Shown here one piece after another: positions 1-10,204 of a DNA stretch of 64,000 bases. The stretch comes from an uncultured delta proteobacterium (lineage in GTDB: Bacteria > Desulfobacterota > Binatia > Binatales > Binataceae). The notes below the pieces were generated by a model, which was not told where the DNA came from, did not search any database, and saw nothing but the letters and a program-made list of their open reading frames with translations. Within the stretch, counting starts at the first letter, position 1; the number at the start of each line of letters is the position of its first letter. Location: NCBI GenBank assembly GCA_963765675.1, contig CAVXXK010000014.1, positions 32,001 through 96,000 on the forward strand, in the 5' to 3' direction. The position numbers and the translations under genes were made by a program.

Positions 1-444
1 GTGTCCATCGACCTTCATCGGCATCCGGAAGCCCGGCGCGGTGCCGAGCGGATTCGGAATGACTTCCGCACCCTCGGGAAAATCAGCCTGCTTGAGATTG
101 TTTGGCGGCATCACGCGGTTGATGGTCGCGAACAACCGCGTCATGTGATCGACCGAGGCCTGATCGCGAAGGAGCTTGACGCCGGCGATGCGCGCGACGG
201 TTTCGGTGGTGAGGTCGTCGACGGTCGGGCCGATTCCGCCGGTCGAGATGACGACGTCGGCCATCGCGATTGCGGTGCGCCAGGCCCATTCGAGGCGTTC
301 GGGAACATCGCCGACGGTGAGCACGGCGACCAGATCGATTCCGACCTCGGCGAGTTTGTCGGAGAGGTAGTTGGCGTTGGTATCGACCACTTTGCCGCTG
401 GTGATTTCGTCGCCGGTGGAAAGAACGACAGCCGTTTTGATCAT
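1..444 (-). CDS. cinA: Competence/damage-inducible protein CinA, N-terminal part (runs off window start)
   Basis: Not in the ORF track; manual translation from ATG at 444 gives MIKTAVVLSTGDEITSGKVVDTNANYL...VISTGGIGPTVDDLT...NPLGTAPG, the CinA molybdopterin-binding-like domain motifs; close to pgpA. Confidence 0.92.
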   Translation of the reverse strand, partial: MIKTAVVLSTGDEITSGKVVDTNANYLSDKLAEVGIDLVAVLTVGDVPERLEWAWRTAIAMADVVISTGGIGPTVDDLTTETVARIAGVKLLRDQASVDHMTRLFATINRVMPPNNLKQADFPEGAEVIPNPLGTAPGFRMPMKVDGH

Positions 445-507
445 CGAAGACACCATGCAGTGTTTGTTGTGGATTGGGTGCGCATCTCGCTTGGCATGAA
501 GAGGGTT

Positions 508-2934
508 TTAGCCAACTTCAACTCTCGTGGGAACGATTTCGAGCAGCGTCAGATTGCGGCGCTCGCCTGTGATGCGGAAGTCAGCGCGGAAGCGTATATC
601 GCTCGACGATGCGCCGATCATAATTTCCATTTCGCCGGGCTCGACCGCGAAGTGGCCGTCGCGTCCGTGAAACGCGGCCTGGCTGAGATCGAGAATGAAG
701 CTGACCGTGCGCGTCTCGCCTACACGAATCGGTACTCGCGCGAAGCCTTTTAGCTCGAGCACCGGACGCGTGACGCTGCCGGCTTTGTCGCGCAGGTAGA
801 GCTGCACGACTTCGTCGCCGTCGCGCGGGCCGTCGTTGGTTACGTCGATAGAGACGCGCAACGTGCCGGTCGCTGCGACCTCAGCCGCGTCGATCGCGCC
901 GTTCGAATAAGTGAAGCGCGAGTAGCTGAGGCCGAAGCCGAACGGAAACAGCGGCGTGCAACTCAGGTCGGCGTAGTCGCCCCAGAACTGGCTGCGCTGG
1001 CCCGAGGGTTTGTGCGCGTAGTAGAGCGGCATCTGGCCCTGATCGCGCGGGAGCGAAACGGGCAGGCGTCCGGCGGGATTTACGCGGCCAGTGATGACCT
1101 CGGCGATCGCGGTGCCGCCTTCCTCTCCGGGAGGAAAGGCGAGAAGCACGGCGTCAACTTTTTCGATCGCGCGCGTCAGCGCGAGCGGGCGGCCGTCGAT
1201 CACGACGAGGACGATCGGTTTGCCGGCCCTGGCGACTTCCGCGACGAGTTGCTCCTGCACGCCGGGGAGGCACAGCGTCGCGCGGTCGGTCGCCTCTCCG
1301 CTGGAGCATCCTTTGACGAGGCCCGACTTTCCGCCGACGCACAGGACGACGAGATCGGCCCATCGTGCGCATTCGAGCGCGGCGGCGAAGCCGCCGGCGT
1401 CGTCGTCGAAAGCGTTGCAGCCGTGCGCGCAGCGGATTTCGACGCCCTCGTCGAGTTTCAACCGCAATCCGTCGAGTACCGTAACTGTCGGCGTGAAGTG
1501 CGCGGCCAGATCGACGTTGGTGCGCGCCGCTGCGGAGAGAGTTTCCGCTAGCGCTCCCGCTTCCATCGCCGGAGCGGCGGTGCCCTGCAGCTTTTGGGTT
1601 GCGCTCTCAGCGCTTGTCTGATCGCGCTCGGGAATCGAGCCGTAGATCATCTCGTGATGAGACGGGTAGTGATAATCGCCCTGCATCAGGCGGCGGGAAT
1701 CGGCGGTCGGGCCGATGACCGCGACGCGGCGCACGCCGGTGCGAATCGGCAGACAGGCGTTTTCGTTTTTGAGCATCACGATTGATGCGCGTGTGATTTC
1801 GAGCGCAAGCGCGCGATCGTCTGGAGTATCGAAAGCGGCTGCGGCCGAAGCGGAATCGACGTGGGGATTCTCGAACAGGCCGAGCTCGAATTTCGCGCGC
1901 AGGACGCGGCCGACCGCGCGATCGACGAGATCAATCGAAACGTCGCCCGCATCGATCGCATCTCGAAGCGGCGCGTCGAACACGTCGCGCTCGGGCAGTT
2001 CGACGTCGATACCGGCTTCGAGGCCGAGCTTCGCCGCCTCGCGCGGACCGGCCGCGATGTTGTGATAGTTGTGCAGAGACGGCAGCGTGAAATAGTCCGA
2101 CACGACGATACCGGTGAAGCCGAGCTCGCCGCGCAGAACGTCGGTCAGGAGATAGCGCGAGGCGCCGCACGGAACGCCGTCGAGCTCCTGGTACGCGTTC
2201 ATGATCGAGCGAAGATTCGCCTCGGCGATCATCGCGGCGAACGGTGGAAGGAAAACGTCGCGCAGCTCGCGGTCTGGAATATGCGCGGGCGCCCAGTTGA
2301 GACCGCCCTCGGAAAAGCTGTAGCCCGCGAAATGCTTGCCGGTGCATACGACGCCCGATTTCAGACCGCCGCCCTGGACGCCGCGCACGTACGCGACCGC
2401 CATCCGCGAGACGAGATAGACGTCCTCGCCGAAGGTCTCCTCGCAGCGGCCCCATCGCGCGTCGCGCGCGACGTCGGCTACAGGAGCCAGAGTGTGGCGC
2501 GCTCCGACCGCGAGCATCTGGCGGCGGATCACGGCGCCCATGTTTTCGACCAGCTCGGGCGCGAAGGTGGCGGCGAGGCCGAGCGGCATCGGAAAGCAGG
2601 TCGCGTCCTGCGCGAGAAAGCCGGCGCAACTTTCCTCGTGGAAGATCGCGGGAATCGCGAGGCGCGTTTCCTCGACGAGGACGCGCTGGATCGCGTTCAT
2701 CGTGCGCGCGGATTCCTCCGGCGCCATCAGCGCGCTGTGGCGCGAGATCTGTCCGATGCCGTGCGTAAGCATTTCGCGCGCGCGACCGGCGTCGAGGCCG
2801 CCGTTGCGGATCATCCGCCGGCTCCAGAGCGCGCCGAGCTGCGCGATTTTCTCGTCGAGCGACATGCGTGCGAGCAAGTCCTCGACGCGCTGGTCGATTG
2901 GCAGAGCGGAGTTTTTGTAGTCGATGGTGCTCAC
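508..2934 (-). CDS. Glycoside hydrolase family 3 (beta-glucosidase/xylosidase) with C-terminal FN3-like domain, no signal peptide
   Basis: Motifs RDARWGRCEETFGED, KHFAGY, IVVSDY (nucleophile), EVVQLYLRD...RPVLELKGF; probable GTG start at 2934, 5 bp after the pgpA stop (the ORF-track extension to 3303 overlaps pgpA). Confidence 0.93.
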   Translation of the reverse strand: MSTIDYKNSALPIDQRVEDLLARMSLDEKIAQLGALWSRRMIRNGGLDAGRAREMLTHGIGQISRHSALMAPEESARTMNAIQRVLVEETRLAIPAIFHEESCAGFLAQDATCFPMPLGLAATFAPELVENMGAVIRRQMLAVGARHTLAPVADVARDARWGRCEETFGEDVYLVSRMAVAYVRGVQGGGLKSGVVCTGKHFAGYSFSEGGLNWAPAHIPDRELRDVFLPPFAAMIAEANLRSIMNAYQELDGVPCGASRYLLTDVLRGELGFTGIVVSDYFTLPSLHNYHNIAAGPREAAKLGLEAGIDVELPERDVFDAPLRDAIDAGDVSIDLVDRAVGRVLRAKFELGLFENPHVDSASAAAAFDTPDDRALALEITRASIVMLKNENACLPIRTGVRRVAVIGPTADSRRLMQGDYHYPSHHEMIYGSIPERDQTSAESATQKLQGTAAPAMEAGALAETLSAAARTNVDLAAHFTPTVTVLDGLRLKLDEGVEIRCAHGCNAFDDDAGGFAAALECARWADLVVLCVGGKSGLVKGCSSGEATDRATLCLPGVQEQLVAEVARAGKPIVLVVIDGRPLALTRAIEKVDAVLLAFPPGEEGGTAIAEVITGRVNPAGRLPVSLPRDQGQMPLYYAHKPSGQRSQFWGDYADLSCTPLFPFGFGLSYSRFTYSNGAIDAAEVAATGTLRVSIDVTNDGPRDGDEVVQLYLRDKAGSVTRPVLELKGFARVPIRVGETRTVSFILDLSQAAFHGRDGHFAVEPGEMEIMIGASSSDIRFRADFRITGERRNLTLLEIVPTRVEVG

Positions 2935-2939
2935 GCTAA

Positions 2940-3404
2940 TCAGAGCACGCGCCACAGGATTTGCAGAACGATATTCGCGTAGATGCCGGCAGCCAGATCG
3001 TCGAGCATCACGCCGCTGCCGCCGCCGAGTTTTCGATCGATGAGGCCTGCGGGGAACGGCTTCACGATGTCGAAGAGCCGGAAGATCACGAAACCGGCAA
3101 GCATCCATACCGGAGTCAGCGGATTGGCGAACATCGTCGCGACCATGCCGAGCACTTCGTCCAGCACGATCTTCGAGCTGTCGTGCTCGTCGAAAATAAT
3201 TTCGGCGCGGCCCGCGATCCAGCACGAGATCACGAACGCGATCGCGAAGACGATCAGGGCGATCGCGGGCGAGTAGGCCCACAACGGTCCGAAGCCAAAC
3301 CACATCACGACCAGGCCGACGACCGAGCCGGCGGTGCCGGGCGCGACGGGAGAGTAGCCGCTGTAGGCGCCGGTCGCGAAGAAGATTATGAGCGCGCGTG
3401 TCAT
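2940..3404 (-). CDS. pgpA: Phosphatidylglycerophosphatase A
   Basis: GYSPVAPGTAGS, HDSSKIVLDEVLG, FRLFDIVKPFP, GVMLDDLAAG; ATG at 3404. Confidence 0.95.
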   Translation of the reverse strand: MTRALIIFFATGAYSGYSPVAPGTAGSVVGLVVMWFGFGPLWAYSPAIALIVFAIAFVISCWIAGRAEIIFDEHDSSKIVLDEVLGMVATMFANPLTPVWMLAGFVIFRLFDIVKPFPAGLIDRKLGGGSGVMLDDLAAGIYANIVLQILWRVL

Positions 3405-3584
3405 CTGGATGTGTCTGTTATGTATCTGCCGGATGGATCGGACGATGATTGAATCGACGCGCGACGATAGCACGGGTTTCGGGCGCGCAGAAGGACGAGG
3501 CTGCGCGCGCGGCGCGGCGATAAACACAATCAAACACCGGTTTGACGGTGGGTTCGTTCAGGCGATTTTAGATCGACTGCTTCA

Positions 3585-4349
3585 TCAGATGCCTTTGCTT
3601 TGCTCGATAATCCGGTCGAAAGAGAGAGTTCGTTTCATGCCGCGAGGTTGCTGGATTTCGGCGGGCTGCGCCTGCAGGCACTTGAGCATCGTGACCGAGC
3701 GGAACAGATCGCGCATCAGCACTCTCTGGAACTCGCAGATGATCCGCACGTCGTCGGAATCGCCGAGCGACATCTCGTTGAGGCCGGTTTCGGCGAGAAT
3801 CCGATCGCACGCGTCTTCGTACGTTTCGCCGCGTGGCTTTTTCTGATCCGGCATTCCCGGGGTGATTGAAGCAGAGGTGAGCAAGTGGCGGCCGATCATC
3901 TCGAAGCTTGTTGGCGGGCTCTTCCATTCGTTGGAGTTCAGGAAGGCGACGCGATTTTCGTAGCGCAGGAGACGGCGCATCCGCCATGTGCAGACGGCGA
4001 TCTTCTCGACCAGCAGGAGCTCGAACGCGCCGCGCGGAGCGAGGTCGTTGGTGAGAGCGTGGAGCAGGGCGCGGAACTCGGCGGCGGCGTCTTTGCCCTC
4101 GAGCTCGGGGATAACGAGGTCTTTGGCGAGCATCCCGTGCTTGAGCGCGTTGAGCGAGGCGCGGCGCTTGCCGCGCGGCGTGCGCGGTCCGGTGGAGCGG
4201 GAGGCATTGCGGCGATTGGCGGCGAGCTTGCTCGGCGAGACGTAGACGTCTTCCGCAGATTCTGCGGCGGCTTCTTGGGCAGGTTCCTGGGCGGGAGTGG
4301 GCGGTTGATCGGCCGGCGAGGCAGGGCTCGATGGGGTTGATTCAACCAT
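3585..4349 (-). CDS. Conserved hypothetical protein (ANRRNAxxSTGPRTxxGK...NALKHG motif family)
   Basis: Long ORF with high-GC3 codon use and a recognisable basic N-terminal motif seen in many uncharacterised proteins; start uncertain (4349 chosen). Confidence 0.7.
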   Translation of the reverse strand: MVESTPSSPASPADQPPTPAQEPAQEAAAESAEDVYVSPSKLAANRRNASRSTGPRTPRGKRRASLNALKHGMLAKDLVIPELEGKDAAAEFRALLHALTNDLAPRGAFELLLVEKIAVCTWRMRRLLRYENRVAFLNSNEWKSPPTSFEMIGRHLLTSASITPGMPDQKKPRGETYEDACDRILAETGLNEMSLGDSDDVRIICEFQRVLMRDLFRSVTMLKCLQAQPAEIQQPRGMKRTLSFDRIIEQSKGI

Positions 4350-4473
4350 GAGGACTATTCTGAACCTTCCGCGGATTTTGACAAGGCTGAACAGTTCAGC
4401 CATGAACAAATCTGGCAAAAGATCTAACGCTCGTTAGGTCGCGTTGAGCAGGGTCCGCGATTGAGCAAGGCCG

Positions 4474-4548
4474 CCCTCACCCGCGCGTCACGGCGATTGC
4501 TGAAAGGAGCAATCGCCGCGCCGCTTGCCCTCTCCCGGAGGGAGAGGG
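4474..4548. repeat. REP-like palindromic element (CCCTCACCC...CCCTCTCCC-GGA-GGGAGAGGG) with internal hairpin
   Basis: Two stem-loops (ggcgattgct/agcaatcgcc; ccctctccc/gggagaggg); related copy at 10205-10247. Confidence 0.7.
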
Positions 4549-4601
4549 TATCCGGAGGAGGCTCGCTGCGTGGCTAATGGTGCGACAGAGATTCCCCCGT
4601 G

Positions 4602-5420
4602 CTACTCGGTGAGCGGGATTGGCATTTCTTCGGGGGATACTTCAACCGCGGTTACGCCTTCTACGCCGCGGGCTACTTCTATGAGCATCGCGTCCCATGG
4701 AGCTACCAGGCCGGGGCCGATCAGGTTGACCGCGCCGCCGGTGCATCGGACGGTGATTTGCGCGTCGCGTACCTTCGGATGGGTCAGGAGCGCGGCGTGG
4801 ACTTGCGCTGCGAGCGCTGAATCTCGCAGGGAGTCGCGGGCGGCGGGCGCGGCGGTGGCGTCCAGGGTCCGCGCGCTGTCGGCGATGAACGCGGCGATCG
4901 AGTCGAGCGGATGCGCCGAGGTGTTGACGATCAGATCGTAGAGCGAGCAGTCCTCGATATCGACGGAGGACAGGGTGGAGCTGCGCTCGCGCATCTCGCG
5001 GTCGTACTCGCGGACGTGCTTTTCGGCGGCGTGCGGATCCATCTTTTCGTCGGCGACGGTCTGCTTCACGCGGGCGGCGAATGGCGCGGTTGCGCGAACC
5101 CGCAGGGCGCATCCGGAGGCGGGAGTCTGATGCGCCAGCGTGCGGCCGGCCACGACGACCTGGTCGGCCGCCAGCTCCCGCAGCATCACGGCGCGCACGA
5201 AGGCGAGGTAGCGATGACTGTCCTGTTTGCCGCGCTGCCAGAAATGAGGCGTGCGCAAATCGAACACCAGCATCTGATCGGCGCTGACGCCGTAACGCTG
5301 CGCGGCTTCGGCGACGATCTCGTCTCCGGAAAGAAAGCGATAGTCGAGCCGCCGTGCGACGATCCGTCCGAGTTCGATTCCCCTGCTGCCAATCTGCTGG
5401 CTCAGCGCAATTACCGCCAT
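4602..5420 (-). CDS. Cytidylate kinase-like family protein with C-terminal BON domain
   Basis: VIALSQQIGSRGIELG, VVVAGR, YDLIVNT; C-terminal DSALAAQVHAAL...ITVRCTGGAVNLIG...VEGVTAVE is BON-like. Confidence 0.8.
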   Translation of the reverse strand: MAVIALSQQIGSRGIELGRIVARRLDYRFLSGDEIVAEAAQRYGVSADQMLVFDLRTPHFWQRGKQDSHRYLAFVRAVMLRELAADQVVVAGRTLAHQTPASGCALRVRATAPFAARVKQTVADEKMDPHAAEKHVREYDREMRERSSTLSSVDIEDCSLYDLIVNTSAHPLDSIAAFIADSARTLDATAAPAARDSLRDSALAAQVHAALLTHPKVRDAQITVRCTGGAVNLIGPGLVAPWDAMLIEVARGVEGVTAVEVSPEEMPIPLTE

Positions 5421-5676
5421 CGTCGGCTCCCCAAGCGCGCGAGATTTCCCCGCTCGAATCTTAGAAGCCTGCGCGGCGAACGGCAAACGGCGGCTGTCCG
5501 GAAGACGGGCGGGCGGCTCGCGAGGCTCGGAATGACGAATGCAGGTCGGCCGAACCGCCGCGATGGAATCGGCGGGCGGCGACGGCTAGGATTTGGCTGC
5601 TTGAGAATCGTGATCGGTGCGGGCGCACACGAATCGCGCTCGCCGACGCCGAAATTCCAAGAGGACGGAAAGCCTG

Positions 5677-6801
5677 ATGCCGAAAAAGATCGCACGGCCG
5701 CGTCTGGCGGGCGCTGAAATCAGTCCCAACGCTGTGCGCGGCGATATGACCGCGGCGGAACTGATCGATACCTCGTTCCTCGCATACAACGGCCGCAAGC
5801 TGCGCGAGGCGTGCCGCCTGTTCGCCGAAAAGATGCTCGAAGATGACGTGTTCGTCGGGATGAGCGTGACCGGAGCGCTGACGCCGGCGGGACTTGGGAT
5901 GTCGTGCCTGATTCCGCTAATCGAAAATGGATTTGTCGATTGGATGGTCTCGACCGGGGCGAATCTTTATCACGACACGCATTTCGGAATCGGGCTCAAG
6001 ATGTACCAGGGCTCGGCCGAGACCGACGATGTCGCGCTGCGCAGCGCGGGGGTGGTCCGGATCTACGATATCTTCTTCGACTACCGCGTGCTGCTCTCGA
6101 CCGACGCGTTTTTCCGGCAGATCGCGCGGCTCGACGAATTTCAACATCCGATGAGCACGGCGGAATTTCACTTTCGCGCTGGACGCTACGTCGCCGAGCG
6201 CGAGCGAGTTTTGAAACTCAAGCGCAAGTCGTTGCTCGCGGCGGCGTATCAATATGCGATGCCGATCTACACCTCGTCGCCGGGCGACTCTTCGATCGGG
6301 ATGAACCTCGCGCTGCTCGAGCTCGAAGGCTACGGGCTGCGGCTCGATCCGCTGGTCGATGTGAACGAGACGGCGTCGATCGTGTACGCGGCCAAGCAGA
6401 TGGGCTGCAAGAGCGCGGTGTTTATTTTAGGCGGGGGCTCGCCAAAGAATTTCGTCCTGCAGACCGAGCCGCAGATCCAGGAAGTGATGGGCGTCGCGGA
6501 AGACGGGCACGACTATTTTCTGCAAGTCACCGACGCGAGGCCCGACACCGGCGGCCTTTCGGGCGCGACGCCGTCGGAGGCGGTGAGCTGGGGCAAGATC
6601 GATCCAAAGAAGCTGCCCGACACGGTGGTGTGCTACGTCGATTCGACGGTCGCGCTTCCGTTGATCACCGCGTATGCGCTGGCGCGGCGCAAGGCGCGCA
6701 AGCCGCGGCGGCTCTACGAGCGGCGCGCGGAGCTGATGGAGACGCTGACCAAAGCGTACGGCAAGGTTCGCAAGAGGCGGCTGGCGCGCGGCGAGTCGTG
6801 A
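5677..6801 (+). CDS. Deoxyhypusine synthase-like protein (probable homospermidine synthase, SpeY-type)
   Basis: [43 protein letters not shown] (active-site Lys kept); ATG at 5677. Confidence 0.9.
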   Translation: MPKKIARPRLAGAEISPNAVRGDMTAAELIDTSFLAYNGRKLREACRLFAEKMLEDDVFVGMSVTGALTPAGLGMSCLIPLIENGFVDWMVSTGANLYHDTHFGIGLKMYQGSAETDDVALRSAGVVRIYDIFFDYRVLLSTDAFFRQIARLDEFQHPMSTAEFHFRAGRYVAERERVLKLKRKSLLAAAYQYAMPIYTSSPGDSSIGMNLALLELEGYGLRLDPLVDVNETASIVYAAKQMGCKSAVFILGGGSPKNFVLQTEPQIQEVMGVAEDGHDYFLQVTDARPDTGGLSGATPSEAVSWGKIDPKKLPDTVVCYVDSTVALPLITAYALARRKARKPRRLYERRAELMETLTKAYGKVRKRRLARGES

Positions 6802-7694
6802 CCAGGATGCCGATGAACAAAAGGAAGACGATCGCGCGCGCCGCGAGGAAAGCGGCGTCGGTGAAAAAAATCGCGCGCGGCGGAAGCGATGATCTCTCGC
6901 GCGAGCTCAATCTGGCGAAGAAAGCGGCGCGCGTGGCTGGAGAAATTTTGCGCGGGCATTGGCGTCGCGGCGGCTACACGATCGGATCCAAGGGCAAAGA
7001 CAATCCGGTCACGCAGGCTGACCTCGAGGCCGACCACGCGATCAAGCGGATGCTGCACGAGCCGTTTCCGGAGTATGGGTGGCTCTCGGAAGAGACCGCG
7101 GACAGCGCGCATCGGCTCGGGCGGCGGCGGGTGTGGATAGTCGATCCGCTCGACGGGACCAAGGAGTTTATCAACGGAGTTCCCGAGTTTTGTGTCGCGA
7201 TCGCGCTGATCGAAGACGGCGAGCCTATCCTGGGCGTGACCTACAATCCGATTCGGCGCGAGCTGTTCTGGGGCGCGCGCGGTTTGGGCTGTCATCTGAA
7301 TACGAAGCCGGTACGCGTCAGCCGCACGCGATTACTGCATCGCGCGAGAGTGCTCGCGAGCCGCAGCGAAGCGGCGCGCGGCGAATGGCAGGTGTTCCAC
7401 GGAAAGCTGATAGTCAGTCCGACGGGCAGCGTGGCCTACAAACTCGCGCTGGTGGCGGCGGGGAAGGGCGACGCGACGTTCACGCGCTCGCCCAAAAGCG
7501 AGTGGGATATCGCGTCGGGCGCGGCGCTGATCGCGCTGGCGGGCGGAACGATTACAGATATTCGCGGGCGCAAGCTCAGCTTCAACAATCGCAAGGTGAA
7601 GCTCGAAGGACTGATCGCGGACAACACCGTTTTGCACAAACAACTGATCGCGGTGGCGCCGCATCCTCCGATCAAATTGTCGCCGATTGCTTGA
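6798..7694 (+). CDS. cysQ: 3'(2'),5'-bisphosphate nucleotidase CysQ / inositol monophosphatase family
   Basis: [30 protein letters not shown]; GTG start overlaps the upstream TGA (alternative ATG starts 6807/6813). Confidence 0.85.
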   Translation: MTRMPMNKRKTIARAARKAASVKKIARGGSDDLSRELNLAKKAARVAGEILRGHWRRGGYTIGSKGKDNPVTQADLEADHAIKRMLHEPFPEYGWLSEETADSAHRLGRRRVWIVDPLDGTKEFINGVPEFCVAIALIEDGEPILGVTYNPIRRELFWGARGLGCHLNTKPVRVSRTRLLHRARVLASRSEAARGEWQVFHGKLIVSPTGSVAYKLALVAAGKGDATFTRSPKSEWDIASGAALIALAGGTITDIRGRKLSFNNRKVKLEGLIADNTVLHKQLIAVAPHPPIKLSPIA

Positions 7695-7709
7695 TATCGC
7701 GGATCGGGC

Positions 7710-9068
7710 TCAGAAATTGTACATTCGCTTGGCTTCGGCGCGTAGTTCGGTGCGGAAGTCGGGATGCGCGATCGCGATCATCGCGTTTACGCGCTCGCGA
7801 ATGCTTTTGCCCTTGAGGGTCGCGATTCCATACTCAGTTACTACGTGATGGACGAAGCCGCGCGGGGCGGTCACGACGCTGGCCGGCTGGAGAGTAGGCA
7901 TGATGCGCGAGAGCCGGACGCCGTTCACGATCGAGCTCGAGGGCACGACGATCACCGTCTTCCCTCCGCCCAGGCATGCGCCGGTGACGAAGGCGGTCTG
8001 TCCGCCGGTGCCGGTGTACATCCGCGGGCCGATCGATTCGCTGTTGGCCTGCCCGGTCAGGTCCACCGCCATCGCGTTGTTAATCGCGATGAGTCCTTCT
8101 TCGCGCGCGATTAGGCGAATATCGTCGGTGAAATTGAAATCGTAGAGCTGGAAGCGCGGATTGCCGTTTATATAGTCGAGTTCTTCGCGCGGAGTGAGCG
8201 GAGCGAGTCCGCTTCCAACTACTAACTCAGGAAAAATCTTTTTGAACTTTCCGGTCAATACTCCGTCGCGCACGAGCTGCGCGGTATGCAACGGGATAAT
8301 CTCGGTCTGCATGCCAAGATCGTGATGATTAGCCAGATGGGGCATCAATGCTCCGGACATCGAACCGACGCCGACCTGGATCGAGGCGCGATCCGGGATC
8401 AACTCACTGGCGACGAGGTCGCATACCGTGTCGATTATCTTTTGCTCGTCGGGCGATGGAACCGGCAGCGAGAGCGCGGGAAGTTCAAAGGTGCGTTCGA
8501 CGAAATAGTCAATCTCGGAAATATGCAGTTGATTGTCGCCGCCGACCCGAATGAAGTTCTCGTCGATCTCGGCGATAACCATTTTTGCGTTGCGCGCCAG
8601 CAGCTTCGACATGATCTGGACATCGCCGAAGTTGACGAAGCCGTTCGCGTCGGGCGGCGCGACGGTCATTATATAAACATTGAAGTTGTCGAGGGAGGGC
8701 GGCAGATGACCTTCGCGGTAATACTGGACCGGTGTGAAATCGGCGAGGCCCTGCGCATAGAGCTCGCGGTCGTAGGGGCCGACATAGAATGACTGGAGCT
8801 TGAAGCGCTCGCCGAGGCCCGGCAGGTTCCAATCGTGCACCGCGGCGCCGTGATTGACTACCACGTTCTCGATCTCCATCAGGCGCGCCGAGACGGCGGC
8901 GCACATCATGAAGGGAGTCGCCTGCGCGATCGACATGCAGACCCGATCGCCGGATTTGATTTGCGCCGCCGCGTGCTCGGCGCTGACGAGCCGATCTCCG
9001 AGCATCGTGCGCCAGTCGGCGCGCGCTTTCATCTCTTTAAGCCTGTCAATCCTGGGTGCGGTAGCCAT
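7710..9068 (-). CDS. Acetyl-CoA hydrolase / 4-hydroxybutyrate CoA-transferase family
   Basis: PPDANGFVNFG, IQVGVG, HDLGMQTE, VDLTGQANSESIG, GTGGQ, VVTEYGIATLKGKS, IAHPDFR. Confidence 0.9.
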   Translation of the reverse strand: MATAPRIDRLKEMKARADWRTMLGDRLVSAEHAAAQIKSGDRVCMSIAQATPFMMCAAVSARLMEIENVVVNHGAAVHDWNLPGLGERFKLQSFYVGPYDRELYAQGLADFTPVQYYREGHLPPSLDNFNVYIMTVAPPDANGFVNFGDVQIMSKLLARNAKMVIAEIDENFIRVGGDNQLHISEIDYFVERTFELPALSLPVPSPDEQKIIDTVCDLVASELIPDRASIQVGVGSMSGALMPHLANHHDLGMQTEIIPLHTAQLVRDGVLTGKFKKIFPELVVGSGLAPLTPREELDYINGNPRFQLYDFNFTDDIRLIAREEGLIAINNAMAVDLTGQANSESIGPRMYTGTGGQTAFVTGACLGGGKTVIVVPSSSIVNGVRLSRIMPTLQPASVVTAPRGFVHHVVTEYGIATLKGKSIRERVNAMIAIAHPDFRTELRAEAKRMYNF

Positions 9069-10057
9069 CAGGCGGCTTGGGCCGAGAGGCTCGGGTCGAT
9101 TCCGATATCCCGGAGCATCGTCGAGGTGCGCTCGTTCAGGAGTCCGACCTTGCGCAGGTTGGTGACGACGGTGGTATGCATCTCGCGCTTGAAGAGCTTG
9201 CGAAAGAGCGTGTAGTCATTTCCGCGGGCGACTTCTTTGCGCGCGCGCTTGACCTCGCTGATCTCGGCGGCGTTCATCCCGACGGCCTCGTACGCCTCGG
9301 CCGGGAACTGGCCGGTCAGCACGAGCTGAATCGCCTCGCGGGTGAACTCCTCGAGCTCGCGCATGTCGCTGGAGCTGAGGCTATTGATCGCTTCTGGAAG
9401 GCTCAGCACCGAGAAGCCCATGTGGCGGGATTCGTCGGCGAGGATGCGTTTGCAGATGTCGCGCAGGAGCGGGTCTTTGGCGGTCTCGCCGAGCATCCGG
9501 AAGAGCGCGACCGCAAAGGTCTCGGCCAGAAGCTGCAGGCCGACGGTCTTCACGAACCACTTTCCCTGGCCGAGGATATAGTCGAAGAGGGTCTTGATGT
9601 TGCCGGTGATCGGATAGATTCGGCCGCCGCACTTTTCGATCAGGTAGCGGCTCAGGACCTCGGCGTGGCGGGCTTCGTCAACCACCTGGGTCGCCTGGAA
9701 AAATTTCGCGTCGTTGGAGGGAACCATGTCGACCAACTGGCTGCACGCGAGCATCGCACCTTCCTCGCCGTGAAGGAGCTGCGAGAGGCGCCACGACGAG
9801 AATTCGAGATTGAGCTGCGCGAGATTCTTGCGATCGAGCCGGGCGAGCGCGGGAGTGCCGTAGCCGTCGATCAATTCGTCGGCGAAGATGCCGGCGTCGT
9901 AGTCGACCGGTTTGGCCCAGTCGATATCGCGCGCGGCGTTCCACTGGTCGCGCTTTGCGTTTTCATAGAGGCGGCGCAGGTCGGGAGCGTCGACCGCGTA
10001 GGAGCGCTGGAAAACGGTTTCGAGGGTGGTTGTGATTCGCTCGGATATGTCGCTCAT
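9068..10057 (-). CDS. Ferritin-like diiron carboxylate protein (AurF/aminobenzoate-oxygenase-like)
   Basis: HGEEGA, DEARH, AETFA, DESRH ligand pattern; overlaps the CoA-transferase start by 1 nt. Confidence 0.82.
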   Translation of the reverse strand: MSDISERITTTLETVFQRSYAVDAPDLRRLYENAKRDQWNAARDIDWAKPVDYDAGIFADELIDGYGTPALARLDRKNLAQLNLEFSSWRLSQLLHGEEGAMLACSQLVDMVPSNDAKFFQATQVVDEARHAEVLSRYLIEKCGGRIYPITGNIKTLFDYILGQGKWFVKTVGLQLLAETFAVALFRMLGETAKDPLLRDICKRILADESRHMGFSVLSLPEAINSLSSSDMRELEEFTREAIQLVLTGQFPAEAYEAVGMNAAEISEVKRARKEVARGNDYTLFRKLFKREMHTTVVTNLRKVGLLNERTSTMLRDIGIDPSLSAQAA

Positions 10058-10204
10058 CGTTAGTACCTCGGGCCGCGATCAGGACGCGCAGATACACCTG
10101 ACCCTAGCAAATTCCGGCTGATTGCGAAAATGCCGAGGGGTCGAAGAATCAGCGGAAAATCACCCAAATGGTAGATATTTCATCGCCACCGCAGCAGAGC
10201 AGCA

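Noticed and set aside
1-753. 250-aa plus-strand ORF
   Set aside because: Antisense shadow of cinA and the GH3 3' end
1861-2982. 373-aa plus-strand ORF, and similar long antisense ORFs such as 9077-10063 and 62138-62785
   Set aside because: Mirror frames of well-supported genes in high-GC DNA, with no motifs of their own
5904-6797. Apparent long N-terminal extension of cysQ (596-aa ORF)
   Set aside because: Arg-rich off-frame overlap with the DHS-like gene; the real start is about 6798-6813
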